Source: Prochlorococcus sp. AG-412-C21
GTDB taxonomy: Bacteria; Cyanobacteriota; Cyanobacteriia; PCC-6307; Cyanobiaceae
Reading direction: 5' to 3'
Assembly (NCBI GenBank): GCA_003214975.1
Contig: QCKZ01000002.1
Coordinates: 165 to 64,164, forward strand
Length of the DNA: 64,000 nt
The translations under genes and the position numbers were made by a program. Positions 11,139 to 21,443 of this stretch are shown piece after piece (within the stretch, counting starts at the first letter, position 1; every line of letters starts with the position of its first letter). Below the pieces are notes generated by a model that had not been told where the DNA came from, ran no database searches, and saw only the letters and a list, made by a program, of their open reading frames with translations.

Positions 11139-11307
11139 TGTTTCTTATATTCTTTAAATAATATAACTAATATTTATGTATGATTAAATACTAAGATTAA
11201 AAAATTTTTTTTTAGAGATATTTAATTTAAATTTTATGTGTCAAATTAATCATCTTAAGTTAAAAATATTTTTAAAATAAACCTCTTTCAATTATTATTT
11301 TATTTGA

Positions 11308-11389
11308 GCGGTCGTGGCGGAATTGGTAGACGCGCGAGTTTTAGGTACTCGTATCTTCGGGTGTGGGAGTTCAAGTCTCCCCGACCGCA
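11308..11389 (+). tRNA. trnL: tRNA-Leu(TAG)
   Basis: Acceptor GCGGTCG/CGACCGC, anticodon arm CGAGT-TTTAGGT-ACTCG, long variable arm, GTTCAAGT T-loop; no encoded CCA. Confidence 0.96.
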
Positions 11390-11461
11390 CTTAAGGGAAT
11401 TCTGATAGTAAGTTTGTTTATCTATTTCAACTTCTTATAATTTAATTAATTAATTAATTAA

Positions 11462-11911
11462 ATGAATAATTTGATAGTTTATTTGGGATTTTTCTACATA
11501 GTTGTTGGGACTATATTTTTATTAGTACCTTTAATTTATCTTGAGCTAGGTAGACCAAAAGACTTAATAAAAGCTTTTTTGAATTTATTAATAGGTTTCT
11601 TTTTGATAATTAAAAATAAAACTATAGATGAATCATTATTTTTAATTTTCCTCTTGTTTACTGTAGTAGTTTTTTTATATCTAGTAGAGCTTTTTTTATC
11701 TAGATGGAATCAATTGACAGATAAAGAAAAAAATAAATTAACTACCTTTCTGGAATTCAAAAATAATCTTTCGAAAATATTAGAGGCTATTAATCTTGGA
11801 CTTAGGAATTTTGCAAAACCTTTAAATTTATTTAATTTTGGTAGGAACAATCAAAATACAAGTCCAAAAAAGTGGGTAAGAAATGATAAAAATGATAATA
11901 TAAAAGTCTGA
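11462..11911 (+). CDS. Ycf66-like membrane protein
   Basis: Three hydrophobic segments, ELGRPKD, RWNQLT, KKWVR motifs. Confidence 0.7.
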   Translation: MNNLIVYLGFFYIVVGTIFLLVPLIYLELGRPKDLIKAFLNLLIGFFLIIKNKTIDESLFLIFLLFTVVVFLYLVELFLSRWNQLTDKEKNKLTTFLEFKNNLSKILEAINLGLRNFAKPLNLFNFGRNNQNTSPKKWVRNDKNDNIKV

Positions 11912-12034
11912 AACCAAATCATATTGGTTATTTGCAACATGCCAAAAAAACTACAGGTCAATATAAGAAAGAATATAGTAAATTAGATTTATTCAAACAA
12001 TTCTATTGATCACCAATATCGCCTTTACCGTTGT

Positions 12035-14932
12035 ATGAAATCTCAAAATAGCAAAGAAAAAAAATCAGACTTTTCTTATAAAGAGACTTTAAATTTACTT
12101 AAAACTGACTTCTCAATGCGTGCTAACTCAGTTGTAAGAGAACCTGAGATTCAAGATTTTTGGGCTAATAATAATATTGATTTCGAACTAGGTTCAAACA
12201 ACTCAGGAAAAACATTTACATTGCATGATGGCCCACCTTATGCAAATGGAGCGCTGCATATGGGTCATGCTCTCAATAAAGTTTTAAAAGACATAATAAA
12301 TAAATACAAAACCTTGAGAGGATTTAGAGTACATTATGTTCCTGGTTGGGACTGCCATGGATTACCTATTGAATTAAAAGTACTTCAGAATTTAAAATCT
12401 GATGAAAGAAAGAATCTTGATACTCTAAATCTAAGAAAAAAAGCAACAGATTATGCATACATACAAATAAACAATCAAATGGAGGGTTTTAAAAGGTGGG
12501 GCATATGGGGAGATTGGGATAACCCTTACTTAACTCTTAAGAAAAGTTATGAATCTGCTCAGATTGGTGTGTTTGGGAAAATGTTTTTAAATGGCTATAT
12601 ATATCGAGGTCTTAAACCTGTTCATTGGAGTCCAAGTTCGAGGACTGCACTCGCAGAAGCAGAATTAGAATATCCTGACGAACATTATTCAAAAAGTATT
12701 TATGTCTCCTTAAAAATTACTAAAGTTTCTGAACACATTCTATTAGAATTCTGTAAAGAAAACCCCAATATTGAAAAGGATATTTTTCTAAGTAATTCTT
12801 TTATAACTATTTGGACCACCACACCCTGGACCATACCCGCAAATGAAGCAGTTGCAGTAAATCCAAAAATAAAATACGTTTTTGCTATTGATGAAGAGAA
12901 ACGAATATACCTTTTTGCAAAAGAATTATCTTCTGAAATTAGTAACAAATTTAATAAAGATCTAAAGAATCTTTTTGAGGTTAAAGGGGCTTCCTTGGAA
13001 GATATTGAATATCAACATCCTACCAAAAATAAAAATTGCAGAATAGTGATTGGAGGTGATTACATCACTACAGAATCAGGAACTGGAATTGTTCATACTG
13101 CACCAGGTCATGGGATAGATGATTTTAATGTGGGGGAGAAATATGATCTACCTACAACATGTGTTGTTGACGAAAAAGGGAATTTAAATGAATATTCAGG
13201 CCAATTCAAAGGATCAAATGTCCTTAAAGATGCAAATGATTTAATTATTGAATATTTAAAGGAAAATAATTTGCTCCTATTACAAGAAAATTATAAGCAT
13301 AGATATCCTTATGATTGGAGAACCAAAAAACCAACTATTTTTAGAGCAACAGAACAATGGTTTGCATCTGTAAATGGCTTCAGATCATCTGCATTAAAGG
13401 CAATCGAAGATGTTGAATGGATGCCAGCAACTGGAAAGAAAAGAATTTATTCTATGGTCGTTGGTAGAGGGGATTGGTGTATTTCCAGGCAAAGGTCTTG
13501 GGGGGTGCCAATTCCAGTTTTTTATAAAAAAAATGGTAACGAAATTCTCCTAAACAGCGAGATAATTAATCATATACAAGAACTTTTTAGTGAACATGGA
13601 GCAGATATTTGGTGGGATTGGGATGTTAAGAATCTATTGCCAGAAAATTATGAAAAAGATTCTGATTTATGGAAAAAAGGAACAGATACAATGGATGTTT
13701 GGTTCGATTCAGGATCTAGCTGGGCCGCAGTGTGTGAACAAAGAAGTGAATTGAAATATCCAGCAGATCTTTATTTAGAGGGCTCAGATCAACATAGAGG
13801 TTGGTTCCAGTCTTCTTTGCTCACATCTGTTGCAGTCAATAATAAACCTCCATATAAGAAAGTTTTAACTCATGGTTTTGCGCTAGATGAAAACGGAAGA
13901 AAAATGAGTAAATCTTTAGGTAACGTTGTTGATCCAAATATAATTATTAATGGAGGTAATAATAAAAAAACGGAGCCTGCTTATGGAGCTGATGTTCTAA
14001 GGCTCTGGGTAAGCTCGGTAGATTATTCAGTAGATGTTCCAATTGGTTCAAATATACTCAAGCAGCTATCAGACGTTTATAGAAAAGTTCGTAATACAGC
14101 AAGATATCTTCTAGGGAATATTCATGATTATGACCCTAATATTGATAGTTTTGAAATTGATCAATTGCCGCTCTTAGATCAATGGATGTTAGGCAGACTA
14201 GTTGAGGTTACAGATCAAATATCAAATGCTTATGAGAATTATGAATTTTCAAAATTTTTTCAAATATTACAAAGTTTTTGCGTTGTGGATCTATCAAATT
14301 TCTATTTAGATATTGCTAAGGATAGGTTATATGTAAGTTCCAAATCACAATTTAGGAGAAAATCATGTCAGTTTGTAATGTCTAAAGTTGTTGAAAATTT
14401 AGCTGTTCTTATTTCTCCAGTACTTTGTCATATGGCTGAAGATATTTGGCAAAATATTCCATATTCAACTAAAGAAAAATCAGTATTTCAAAGAGGATGG
14501 CCAATTTTTTCACAGTCCTGGAAAAATGAAACTCTTAATGAACACATCACAAATTTGAGAAATTTGAGAGTTGAAATTAACAAAGCTATAGAAGGATGTA
14601 GAAACAAACAAATAATCGGAGCAGCTTTAGAAACTGAAGTTAATTATTTACCTGAAAATAAAGTTGTAAAAGATTCTCTGACTTGGCTAAAAAGATTTGG
14701 TAATGAAGATGTCGATTTATTTAGAGATTGGCTTATAGTTTCAAATTTCCAAGTGGTATCCGATTTAGTTGATAATTCTCTAATTATCGATAAAAATGAA
14801 CTTGGAAAGATCCAAATCTTAAAGGCTGATGGTGAAAAATGTGATAGATGCTGGCATTATCAAAAAGAAACTTTTAGTGGAATTCAAAATACAAGATTAT
14901 GCAAAAGATGTTCAAATATTATTAATCTTTAA
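12035..14932 (+). CDS. ileS: Isoleucine--tRNA ligase
   Basis: [26 protein letters not shown]-terminal zinc finger CDRCW..CKRC. Confidence 0.98.
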   Translation: MKSQNSKEKKSDFSYKETLNLLKTDFSMRANSVVREPEIQDFWANNNIDFELGSNNSGKTFTLHDGPPYANGALHMGHALNKVLKDIINKYKTLRGFRVHYVPGWDCHGLPIELKVLQNLKSDERKNLDTLNLRKKATDYAYIQINNQMEGFKRWGIWGDWDNPYLTLKKSYESAQIGVFGKMFLNGYIYRGLKPVHWSPSSRTALAEAELEYPDEHYSKSIYVSLKITKVSEHILLEFCKENPNIEKDIFLSNSFITIWTTTPWTIPANEAVAVNPKIKYVFAIDEEKRIYLFAKELSSEISNKFNKDLKNLFEVKGASLEDIEYQHPTKNKNCRIVIGGDYITTESGTGIVHTAPGHGIDDFNVGEKYDLPTTCVVDEKGNLNEYSGQFKGSNVLKDANDLIIEYLKENNLLLLQENYKHRYPYDWRTKKPTIFRATEQWFASVNGFRSSALKAIEDVEWMPATGKKRIYSMVVGRGDWCISRQRSWGVPIPVFYKKNGNEILLNSEIINHIQELFSEHGADIWWDWDVKNLLPENYEKDSDLWKKGTDTMDVWFDSGSSWAAVCEQRSELKYPADLYLEGSDQHRGWFQSSLLTSVAVNNKPPYKKVLTHGFALDENGRKMSKSLGNVVDPNIIINGGNNKKTEPAYGADVLRLWVSSVDYSVDVPIGSNILKQLSDVYRKVRNTARYLLGNIHDYDPNIDSFEIDQLPLLDQWMLGRLVEVTDQISNAYENYEFSKFFQILQSFCVVDLSNFYLDIAKDRLYVSSKSQFRRKSCQFVMSKVVENLAVLISPVLCHMAEDIWQNIPYSTKEKSVFQRGWPIFSQSWKNETLNEHITNLRNLRVEINKAIEGCRNKQIIGAALETEVNYLPENKVVKDSLTWLKRFGNEDVDLFRDWLIVSNFQVVSDLVDNSLIIDKNELGKIQILKADGEKCDRCWHYQKETFSGIQNTRLCKRCSNIINL

Positions 14933-14937
14933 TTTTC

Positions 14938-15246
14938 CTAAATCCAATTTTTTTGATTCAAAAAGAAAACTGAGTTTTGATTTTCTCTTATAAAGTTTTC
15001 TTTGGTTTCCTCTAAGGGTGCTTTAAAAAGTTTAAACTTTGTAAGTATATATCTAAATTCAATAACTTTTTTTTCTAAATCTATTTCAATTGGATGAGTG
15101 GTAGAGCTACTGAAACCTTTGAAAATAATTATTTCTAACTGTTCTTTATGATTTTCTTTTAGAATATAACCCTCTATTTTGAGTGCCCTATTAGGTATCA
15201 AAGAACTTATTTTTTCTAAGTTATTTAATAAATCAATATCTGCCAT
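14938..15246 (-). CDS. Conserved cyanobacterial hypothetical protein
   Basis: IIFKGFSSSTTHP motif; likely ATG at 15246 overlapping the upstream gene's stop. Confidence 0.7.
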   Translation of the reverse strand: MADIDLLNNLEKISSLIPNRALKIEGYILKENHKEQLEIIIFKGFSSSTTHPIEIDLEKKVIEFRYILTKFKLFKAPLEETKENFIRENQNSVFFLNQKNWI

Positions 15247-15856
15247 TTTCCGAGAAGGAAGAGTTTCTTCCATTTTTAGGTAATTTAATTATTGACCATT
15301 GAATTAATCCTAAAGTATAGATTAATAATGAAAATAATCCTAAAAATTTTGCTATCGGCTGAGTAAAGCTAGCTCCGAAGAAAAAATTAAATAAATTTTT
15401 GATAATAATATATAAATTTGAAGAAGGCTGAAGCCATATCTCACATGCAGCAGAATTAATAGAAGAAAAGCAGTTAAAGTTTTGCAAACTTTGGATTAAG
15501 AAATTGAGAGATATAAAAGTAAGAGACCATCTCCACACTTTTGTCGTTGTAGTAAGGGGGTAAGTAAAGTCATATTCTTTTAATTCATCATTTATATCGT
15601 TCCAAAACCAAACTGAAGTTGTCATTAATAATGTTGAAATATTTGTTACGAGAAGAGCATAATTAAACTTACCTATTAAAAGTAAAAGGCTTATAAAAAA
15701 TAAAAGGGATATTTTCCAATAAATTGATAGAAGTTTATTAACAGCTTGATTTCTTTTTTTAATTGACCAAAAGATTAAAATAATAGGAATACCAAGAAGG
15801 AAAATTATTGAGAGTTGAAAAGATAGCCAAATATAAAGTTGATTAAAAACGTTCAA
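15233..15856 (-). CDS. DUF3177-like membrane protein
   Basis: IYWKISLL, SVWFWNDINDEL, WRW motifs; multiple TM helices. Confidence 0.8.
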   Translation of the reverse strand: MNVFNQLYIWLSFQLSIIFLLGIPIILIFWSIKKRNQAVNKLLSIYWKISLLFFISLLLLIGKFNYALLVTNISTLLMTTSVWFWNDINDELKEYDFTYPLTTTTKVWRWSLTFISLNFLIQSLQNFNCFSSINSAACEIWLQPSSNLYIIIKNLFNFFFGASFTQPIAKFLGLFSLLIYTLGLIQWSIIKLPKNGRNSSFSENGRY

Positions 15857-15978
15857 AACTTTTTCTTTTTACATACATAATAATTAAACATCAAACTGTT
15901 ACTTTTTAACTTAGTATTGTCATAGTTATGAATATTATGAATCTTTATATTATTGCCGAGGAATAGATTAATACTTGT

Positions 15979-16608
15979 ATGAGACAGCACGTAAATCCCC
16001 TTAGTAAAAATTTCAATGAAATTGAGAGAATCCCTTCTTTGATTGAAATGTTTGGTGATCCTAAATTGAATCTGCATTTGGATATAGGTTGTGCTGCGGG
16101 TGAGTTTCTACTTGATTTAGCTTTAGTTAATACCAGTTGGAATTATTTAGGAATTGAAATACGTGAGAAATTAGTTAAAACTGCTAAATTAAAAGTGCGA
16201 GAAAGAGAAATTAAAAATTTATATTTTGTATTTGGCAATGCTAATAATATTTTTAATGATGTCCAGAGTAAATTTTTTATAGAGAATGTAAAAAGTATTT
16301 CTTTTAACTTTCCAGATCCATGGTTTAAGAAGAGACATTATAAAAGGCGTGTAATTCAGACAGAATTTATTAATACTCTCTCAAACTCATTACAAAAAGG
16401 ATCCCTAATTTTTATAAAAACTGATGTAAAGGATTTATTCGATTATATGGATTGCACTATTTCAGGAAATTCTAAGTTTAAAAAGATGGATAAAAAGGAT
16501 TTTAATTATTCCGAAACTTTTAATCCAAATAAAGTTAAAACTAATAGGGAGAAGTATGTGATTGTTAACCAACTTGATATTTTTGATAGGATTTATATAA
16601 AAATCTGA
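15979..16608 (+). CDS. trmB: tRNA (guanine-N7)-methyltransferase
   Basis: [27 protein letters not shown]. Confidence 0.96.
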   Translation: MRQHVNPLSKNFNEIERIPSLIEMFGDPKLNLHLDIGCAAGEFLLDLALVNTSWNYLGIEIREKLVKTAKLKVREREIKNLYFVFGNANNIFNDVQSKFFIENVKSISFNFPDPWFKKRHYKRRVIQTEFINTLSNSLQKGSLIFIKTDVKDLFDYMDCTISGNSKFKKMDKKDFNYSETFNPNKVKTNREKYVIVNQLDIFDRIYIKI

Positions 16609-16615
16609 TTAATAA

Positions 16616-17968
16616 TTAATTCATTATTTTATTAATTTCTAAAGAGAGTTTGTTTGTTATTTCACTTGATAAAGAATTGACTTTCGTCTGATTTTTGGCC
16701 TCAATAAGAACTCGCATTAAGGGTTCTGTACCACTGGGCCTTATATAAACTCTAAAATTATCTGAATTGTTTGCCTGGTAAATTTCTATAGTTCTATCAA
16801 TTAAAATTTTTGTTTTTGGATTTATTTTATTAATATTAAAATCTAAATTGATGTTGGTTAGTTTCTGAGGAAAAGGGTCGAAACTGCTTTTAAACCAATC
16901 ATTTAAAGTAATATTTTTCTTTTTACAGTATTTAGCAATTTGAAGTGCAGTAAGTATCCCATCTCCAGAAAAGTTATTAATTTTTGAAAGTATATGACCT
17001 GACTGCTCACCTCCTAAAACAGCTCTTTTTTCCTTAATTGCGTCATGAACGTATTTATCTCCTACATCAGTTCTATATAAAATCCCACCAATTTTGTTCC
17101 AGGCCTTTTCAAAACCTAAATTTGCCATTTGAGTTGATATTAGTAAATTATTTGTAAGAATCTTTTGTTCCATCAGTTCTCTCCCCCAAAGAAAAAGAAT
17201 ATGATCTCCATCTATTACATTGCCTTTAGAATCTAATCCAATTACTCTATCGGCATCACCATCGAAGCTAAATCCCATATCTGCAGGATTTTCTTCTAAT
17301 GCTTTTTTTATTGGTTCAAGGTTAGTAGAACCACAGTTCATATTAATTTTCAAACCATTCTTCGAGTTATTGATAACTCTTACATCAGCTCCAAGATTCT
17401 GAAAAATTTTTTTTGCGCAGGTTGTCGCTGATCCATAGCATGTGTCTAATATTATTTTCAATCCGCTTAAATTTTCTCCACCCATTGTGTGGATTAAGCT
17501 TTTCATATAAATATCCATAAGTTCTTTATTTGTTTGTAAAGAGAACTCTTTTGTAGGAACTGATTGATTTTGATGTTGTTCTTCAACTAATTTCTGAATT
17601 TTATTTTCAACTTCTTTATTAATTTTTTGACCATTATGATCAAAGATTTTTATGCCATTGTATTCTGGTGGATTATGACTAGCAGATATCATTATCCCGC
17701 TACTCATTTTTTCTTTTTTAATTAAAAAAGGGATAGCTGGGGTAGGACATATTCCAAGGTTTATAAATTTTCTTCCACTTGCATTTATACCTTTTGTTAT
17801 TGCCTGAAGCAGAATATCTCCACTAATCCTTGTATCTCTTCCAATTAATATTGGATTATTATTTTCTAAATTTGAACCTAAAGCATATCCAACTTTATAG
17901 GCTAGAGAATAAGTTATCTCTTTATTAAATCTTCCTCTTATCCCATCAGTTCCAAAGATTGATTGCAT
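16616..17968 (-). CDS. glmM: Phosphoglucosamine mutase
   Basis: [35 protein letters not shown]. Confidence 0.94.
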   Translation of the reverse strand: MQSIFGTDGIRGRFNKEITYSLAYKVGYALGSNLENNNPILIGRDTRISGDILLQAITKGINASGRKFINLGICPTPAIPFLIKKEKMSSGIMISASHNPPEYNGIKIFDHNGQKINKEVENKIQKLVEEQHQNQSVPTKEFSLQTNKELMDIYMKSLIHTMGGENLSGLKIILDTCYGSATTCAKKIFQNLGADVRVINNSKNGLKINMNCGSTNLEPIKKALEENPADMGFSFDGDADRVIGLDSKGNVIDGDHILFLWGRELMEQKILTNNLLISTQMANLGFEKAWNKIGGILYRTDVGDKYVHDAIKEKRAVLGGEQSGHILSKINNFSGDGILTALQIAKYCKKKNITLNDWFKSSFDPFPQKLTNINLDFNINKINPKTKILIDRTIEIYQANNSDNFRVYIRPSGTEPLMRVLIEAKNQTKVNSLSSEITNKLSLEINKIMN

Positions 17969-18104
17969 AATTAGATTTCAGGAATCAAATATATTTTGAT
18001 CATTATTTGGTTCTTATTTTATCAGTTGATTAAAAGGAAACCGATTTTAAGTCTCTTTATTTGTTTAACTTATTTAAAATATATTAAGTGAGTAAAAATT
18101 TATA

Positions 18105-18650
18105 ATGCAATCTGAGGGTAGAGAGCCACTATTAAACCCAAACTTTCAAGCAATACTCGCTTTACTTATTGCTGTTGTTATTATTTCTTTGATTTTATTT
18201 AGAAATATCATTTTTCAATCAACTTATCTTCTTAAGAGTTTTGGAGATTTATCTGTTGATCCTGAAATAGCTTTTAAAAACAATAAGCCCACTTTCCTTG
18301 AATTTTATGCTGAGTGGTGTGAAGTTTGCAAAGAAATGGCTCCAAAAGTATCTTTATTAAAAGAGGAATACGAGAAAGATTTTAATTTTGTTTTTTTAAA
18401 TGTTGATAATCAAAAATGGGATAATTACATCCGAAAATTTGATGTTAATGGGATTCCTCAAGTTAATCTTTTTGATAAAAAAGGTAATTTAATATCTACT
18501 TTTATTGGTAAACAAGAAGAATTTATAATACGAGATTCTATTGATCAAATAGCAAAAGAAGCAAAATCTCACGAAGAAATTATTAATAATGAATTTTCAA
18601 TATTAAAAGAAAATAATAAAAATAAAGTTAGTCCTCGCAGTCATGGATAA
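18105..18650 (+). CDS. Membrane-anchored thiol:disulfide oxidoreductase (TxlA/HCF164-like)
   Basis: N-terminal TM, FYAEWCEVC, GIP motif, C-terminal PRSHG. Confidence 0.85.
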   Translation: MQSEGREPLLNPNFQAILALLIAVVIISLILFRNIIFQSTYLLKSFGDLSVDPEIAFKNNKPTFLEFYAEWCEVCKEMAPKVSLLKEEYEKDFNFVFLNVDNQKWDNYIRKFDVNGIPQVNLFDKKGNLISTFIGKQEEFIIRDSIDQIAKEAKSHEEIINNEFSILKENNKNKVSPRSHG

Positions 18651-18653
18651 TTT

Positions 18654-19286
18654 CTACCAATCTAGAGATTTTGATACAACCGGAAAACTTTGTTTGAAAA
18701 TAGACTTGCAATTTTGGGCAATAGACTTGTGTTCTTCTTGAGTACCATGAGCTGATCTTAAATTAATGTAATGAATCCATGATCTGCATGATCCAGACAT
18801 GTAGATTCTCGTTGGAGTTGCTAATGGTAAAACAAATCTCGCACATTCTTTAGCTATTCCTTCAGCAAGTAAATCTTCATATAATTCCGATGCAGCTTTA
18901 AAATGTGAAGCAATTTTTGCATTGAATCTTTTTTTTAACTCATCAGGGAGGTCGGGAATAGAATTTTGCCTATTTTTAAAATCTTGCCTTCTCAACTCAG
19001 GTAAAGGAATATTCCCCAATTGAGAACTATCTGCATATCTCTGTGAAAATTCCTGGAAAGTAAATGATCTATGTCTTAAAATTTGAGCTGCAATTCCTCT
19101 GTTTGTTTCTATTTGTACGGTCATAAATGACTGTTCAAATACACTCCAATGTTCATTTTTAATACAATAACTCAATAATTTTGAATAATCTTCATTTTTC
19201 TGATTGTTTGGATTACTCACTCTTGCAATGTAAGCCATTGTTTTTTCTGCATCAGGAGTTAGTGAAATAAGTTCAACTTTACTCAT
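18654..19286 (-). CDS. thyX: FAD-dependent thymidylate synthase
   Basis: HWSVFE, QILRHRSFTFQEFSQRY, ECAR. Confidence 0.97.
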   Translation of the reverse strand: MSKVELISLTPDAEKTMAYIARVSNPNNQKNEDYSKLLSYCIKNEHWSVFEQSFMTVQIETNRGIAAQILRHRSFTFQEFSQRYADSSQLGNIPLPELRRQDFKNRQNSIPDLPDELKKRFNAKIASHFKAASELYEDLLAEGIAKECARFVLPLATPTRIYMSGSCRSWIHYINLRSAHGTQEEHKSIAQNCKSIFKQSFPVVSKSLDW

Positions 19287-19287
19287 T

Positions 19288-19881
19288 TTAGATCTTTGCT
19301 AGAGTTACCTTTTCTGGTTGATTTTGATATTTACCTTTTCTATCTTCATATGTTGTGGAGCAAGGATCACCTTCAAAAAAGAGTAGTTGACAGATACCCT
19401 CGTTAGCATAAATTCTGCAATCCGCACCTGAACTATTACTAAACTCTAAAGTTAGGTGACCTTCCCATCCTGCCTCTGCAGGCGTTGTATTAACTATAAT
19501 TCCTAGTCGCGCGTATGTACTTTTGCCTATACAAATAACAGTTATATTTTCTGGTACTTTCATCTTTTCTAAAGCCACTCCTAAACCATAGGAATGAGCA
19601 GGAAGAATAAAAAAGTCTCCATCATCATCATTATGCAGCACAGTTTTTTCTAAATTATCAGGATTAAAATTTTTGGGATTCATTACTGTGCCAGGAATAT
19701 GTCTAAAAATTAAGAATTCCTTCGATGAAAGTCTTAGATCATAGCCATATGATGAACATCCATAACTTAAAACCGGCTTTTGTTGATTATCAGGTTCAAG
19801 ATGCCTCACTAAATTTGATTGGAAGGGGTTTATCATTCCTTCAGACGCTTTTTGATTTATCCAGAGATCATTTTTAAGCAT
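19288..19881 (-). CDS. dcd: dCTP deaminase
   Basis: SYGCSSYGYDLRL, GKSTYAR, GWEGHLTLE, KYQNQ. Confidence 0.97.
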   Translation of the reverse strand: MLKNDLWINQKASEGMINPFQSNLVRHLEPDNQQKPVLSYGCSSYGYDLRLSSKEFLIFRHIPGTVMNPKNFNPDNLEKTVLHNDDDGDFFILPAHSYGLGVALEKMKVPENITVICIGKSTYARLGIIVNTTPAEAGWEGHLTLEFSNSSGADCRIYANEGICQLLFFEGDPCSTTYEDRKGKYQNQPEKVTLAKI

Positions 19882-19885
19882 TGTT

Positions 19886-20467
19886 TTATGAGCGTAGTTC
19901 AGTAATTTGGTTGGCCATTAATAATAAATCTTTAGGAATAGCTGTACCAGTAAGAATTACATCTCCTGATATAAATCGGTTTTCAAGTGTTGAAATCAAG
20001 TCATCCTTATCGATAATCTTCATCTCAATAGCAAGAAAAATTTCATCAAGTATGATTTGGTCAATTTCACCAGAAAGTAATTCTTTTTTGCAAAAATTCC
20101 ATAGTTCATAAGTAGATTCATGAATAGATCTTTTTAAATTTTCATTATTTTCAATTTCTTCAGAATTATATTGATCAAAAGAATGCGATGATCTTACCCA
20201 AGTTAAATTACCACAAAGCTTGACTGCATTAGCAATCCCTTGTTCAACACCTCCTTTCATAAATTGTACTAAAAGTACTTTCCTACCAAGAGCCGCGTTT
20301 CTTAGAGAGTCTCGAATAATAGAGGAATAACTTCCTCTAAAAGAAGATTGATAGATTTGGATTTGTCCGTTTTGTGTAAACCTTTTTAAGTGTTTTTTGT
20401 TGGCAGTACTTATTTTTATAACATCAAGATTACTTTTGGAATAATTATTAGATGAACTAATTACCAT
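19886..20467 (-). CDS. Cob(I)alamin adenosyltransferase (CobO/BtuR)-like protein with degenerate P-loop
   Basis: GRKVLLVQFMKGG, IILDEI, DVILTG, ANQITE; lacks GxGKGKT. Confidence 0.8.
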   Translation of the reverse strand: MVISSSNNYSKSNLDVIKISTANKKHLKRFTQNGQIQIYQSSFRGSYSSIIRDSLRNAALGRKVLLVQFMKGGVEQGIANAVKLCGNLTWVRSSHSFDQYNSEEIENNENLKRSIHESTYELWNFCKKELLSGEIDQIILDEIFLAIEMKIIDKDDLISTLENRFISGDVILTGTAIPKDLLLMANQITELRS

Positions 20468-20481
20468 TATTTTAGATTTCT

Positions 20482-20528
20482 TTTCTACATGCAGTATAAT
20501 TTGAATTTAATTACACTGCATATAGTGT
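20482..20528. promoter_or_regulatory. Tandem NrdR-like boxes (20482-20497 and 20513-20528)
   Basis: ACACTGCATATAGTGT (+) and ATACTGCATGTAGAAA (-), 31 bp apart, upstream of the cobO-like/dcd/thyX operon; minus-strand TATACT at 20493-20498 overlaps box 1. Confidence 0.7.
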
Positions 20529-20607
20529 AATTTTACTTAAAAAAACGTTTAGAATGTTTAGAGTAACCATGAGAAATTCATAGAAAAACTTATGAGAATC
20601 GAAAATT

Positions 20608-20649
20608 GTTACTGTTGATACAAGATATTTTAAGGTGTCTTCTTAAATT
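20608..20649 (+). promoter_or_regulatory. NtcA-activated promoter of ntcA
   Basis: tGTT-actgttga-TACa at 20608-20621, then exactly 22 nt, then TAAATT (TAN3T) at 20644-20649. Confidence 0.8.
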
Positions 20650-20669
20650 TTTTATCAGTGAACATATTT

Positions 20670-21404
20670 ATGATACCTTCTTCTCGCGGATTCAGTCGCT
20701 TTAGTTCGCAACAGTCCGGACAAAGTAAAATTAACTCAGTTGGAGAACGTTTCCCAATCAATAGAACTTTAATGCAAGTAATTAAAGGTCTAGAGGGTGC
20801 CAGTACAGAAATGGTAGAGAGATCTAAAACAATTTTTTTTCCTGGTGATCCTGCTGAGAGGGTTTATCTGATAAGAAGAGGTGCAGTGAGGTTATCAAGA
20901 GTTTATGAGTCAGGTGAAGAGATAACTGTTGCTCTTTTAAGAGAGAATAGTCTCTTTGGTGTTTTATCTCTTCTAACAGGCCATAGATCTGATCGTTTTT
21001 ATCATGCAATAGCTTTCACAAGAGTGGAAATGATAACAGCACCTGCGAATTCTGTTTTAAGAGCAATAGAGGAAGATGCATCAGTAGGACTATTATTGTT
21101 GCAGGGTCTTTCTAGTAGGATCCTACAAACAGAAACAATGATAGAAACTCTTACTCATAGAGATATGTCGTCTCGTCTAGTAAGCTTTTTAATGGTTCTT
21201 TGTAGAGACTTTGGAGTTGCAAGTGAAAAAGGTATCACAATAGATTTGAGGCTTTCACATCAAGCTATTGCTGAAGCTATTGGTTCAACAAGAGTAACGA
21301 TTACAAGATTATTGGGGGATTTAAAGGATTCCGGACTACTTATTATTGAAAGAAAAAAAATTACAGTATTTGACCCAATCGCTCTTGCAAAAAGATTTAA
21401 TTGA
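20670..21404 (+). CDS. ntcA: Global nitrogen regulator NtcA (CRP family)
   Basis: [43 protein letters not shown]. Confidence 0.98.
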   Translation: MIPSSRGFSRFSSQQSGQSKINSVGERFPINRTLMQVIKGLEGASTEMVERSKTIFFPGDPAERVYLIRRGAVRLSRVYESGEEITVALLRENSLFGVLSLLTGHRSDRFYHAIAFTRVEMITAPANSVLRAIEEDASVGLLLLQGLSSRILQTETMIETLTHRDMSSRLVSFLMVLCRDFGVASEKGITIDLRLSHQAIAEAIGSTRVTITRLLGDLKDSGLLIIERKKITVFDPIALAKRFN

Positions 21405-21443
21405 TTCATTATTAACTATGATGGATTGAGTAATTGAAATAGT

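Noticed and set aside
11308-11461. tRNA genes as island integration sites (also 31205-31278 and 46300-46372)
   Set aside because: Each is followed within 80 bp by a core gene; no duplicated 3' tRNA fragment or integrase noticed
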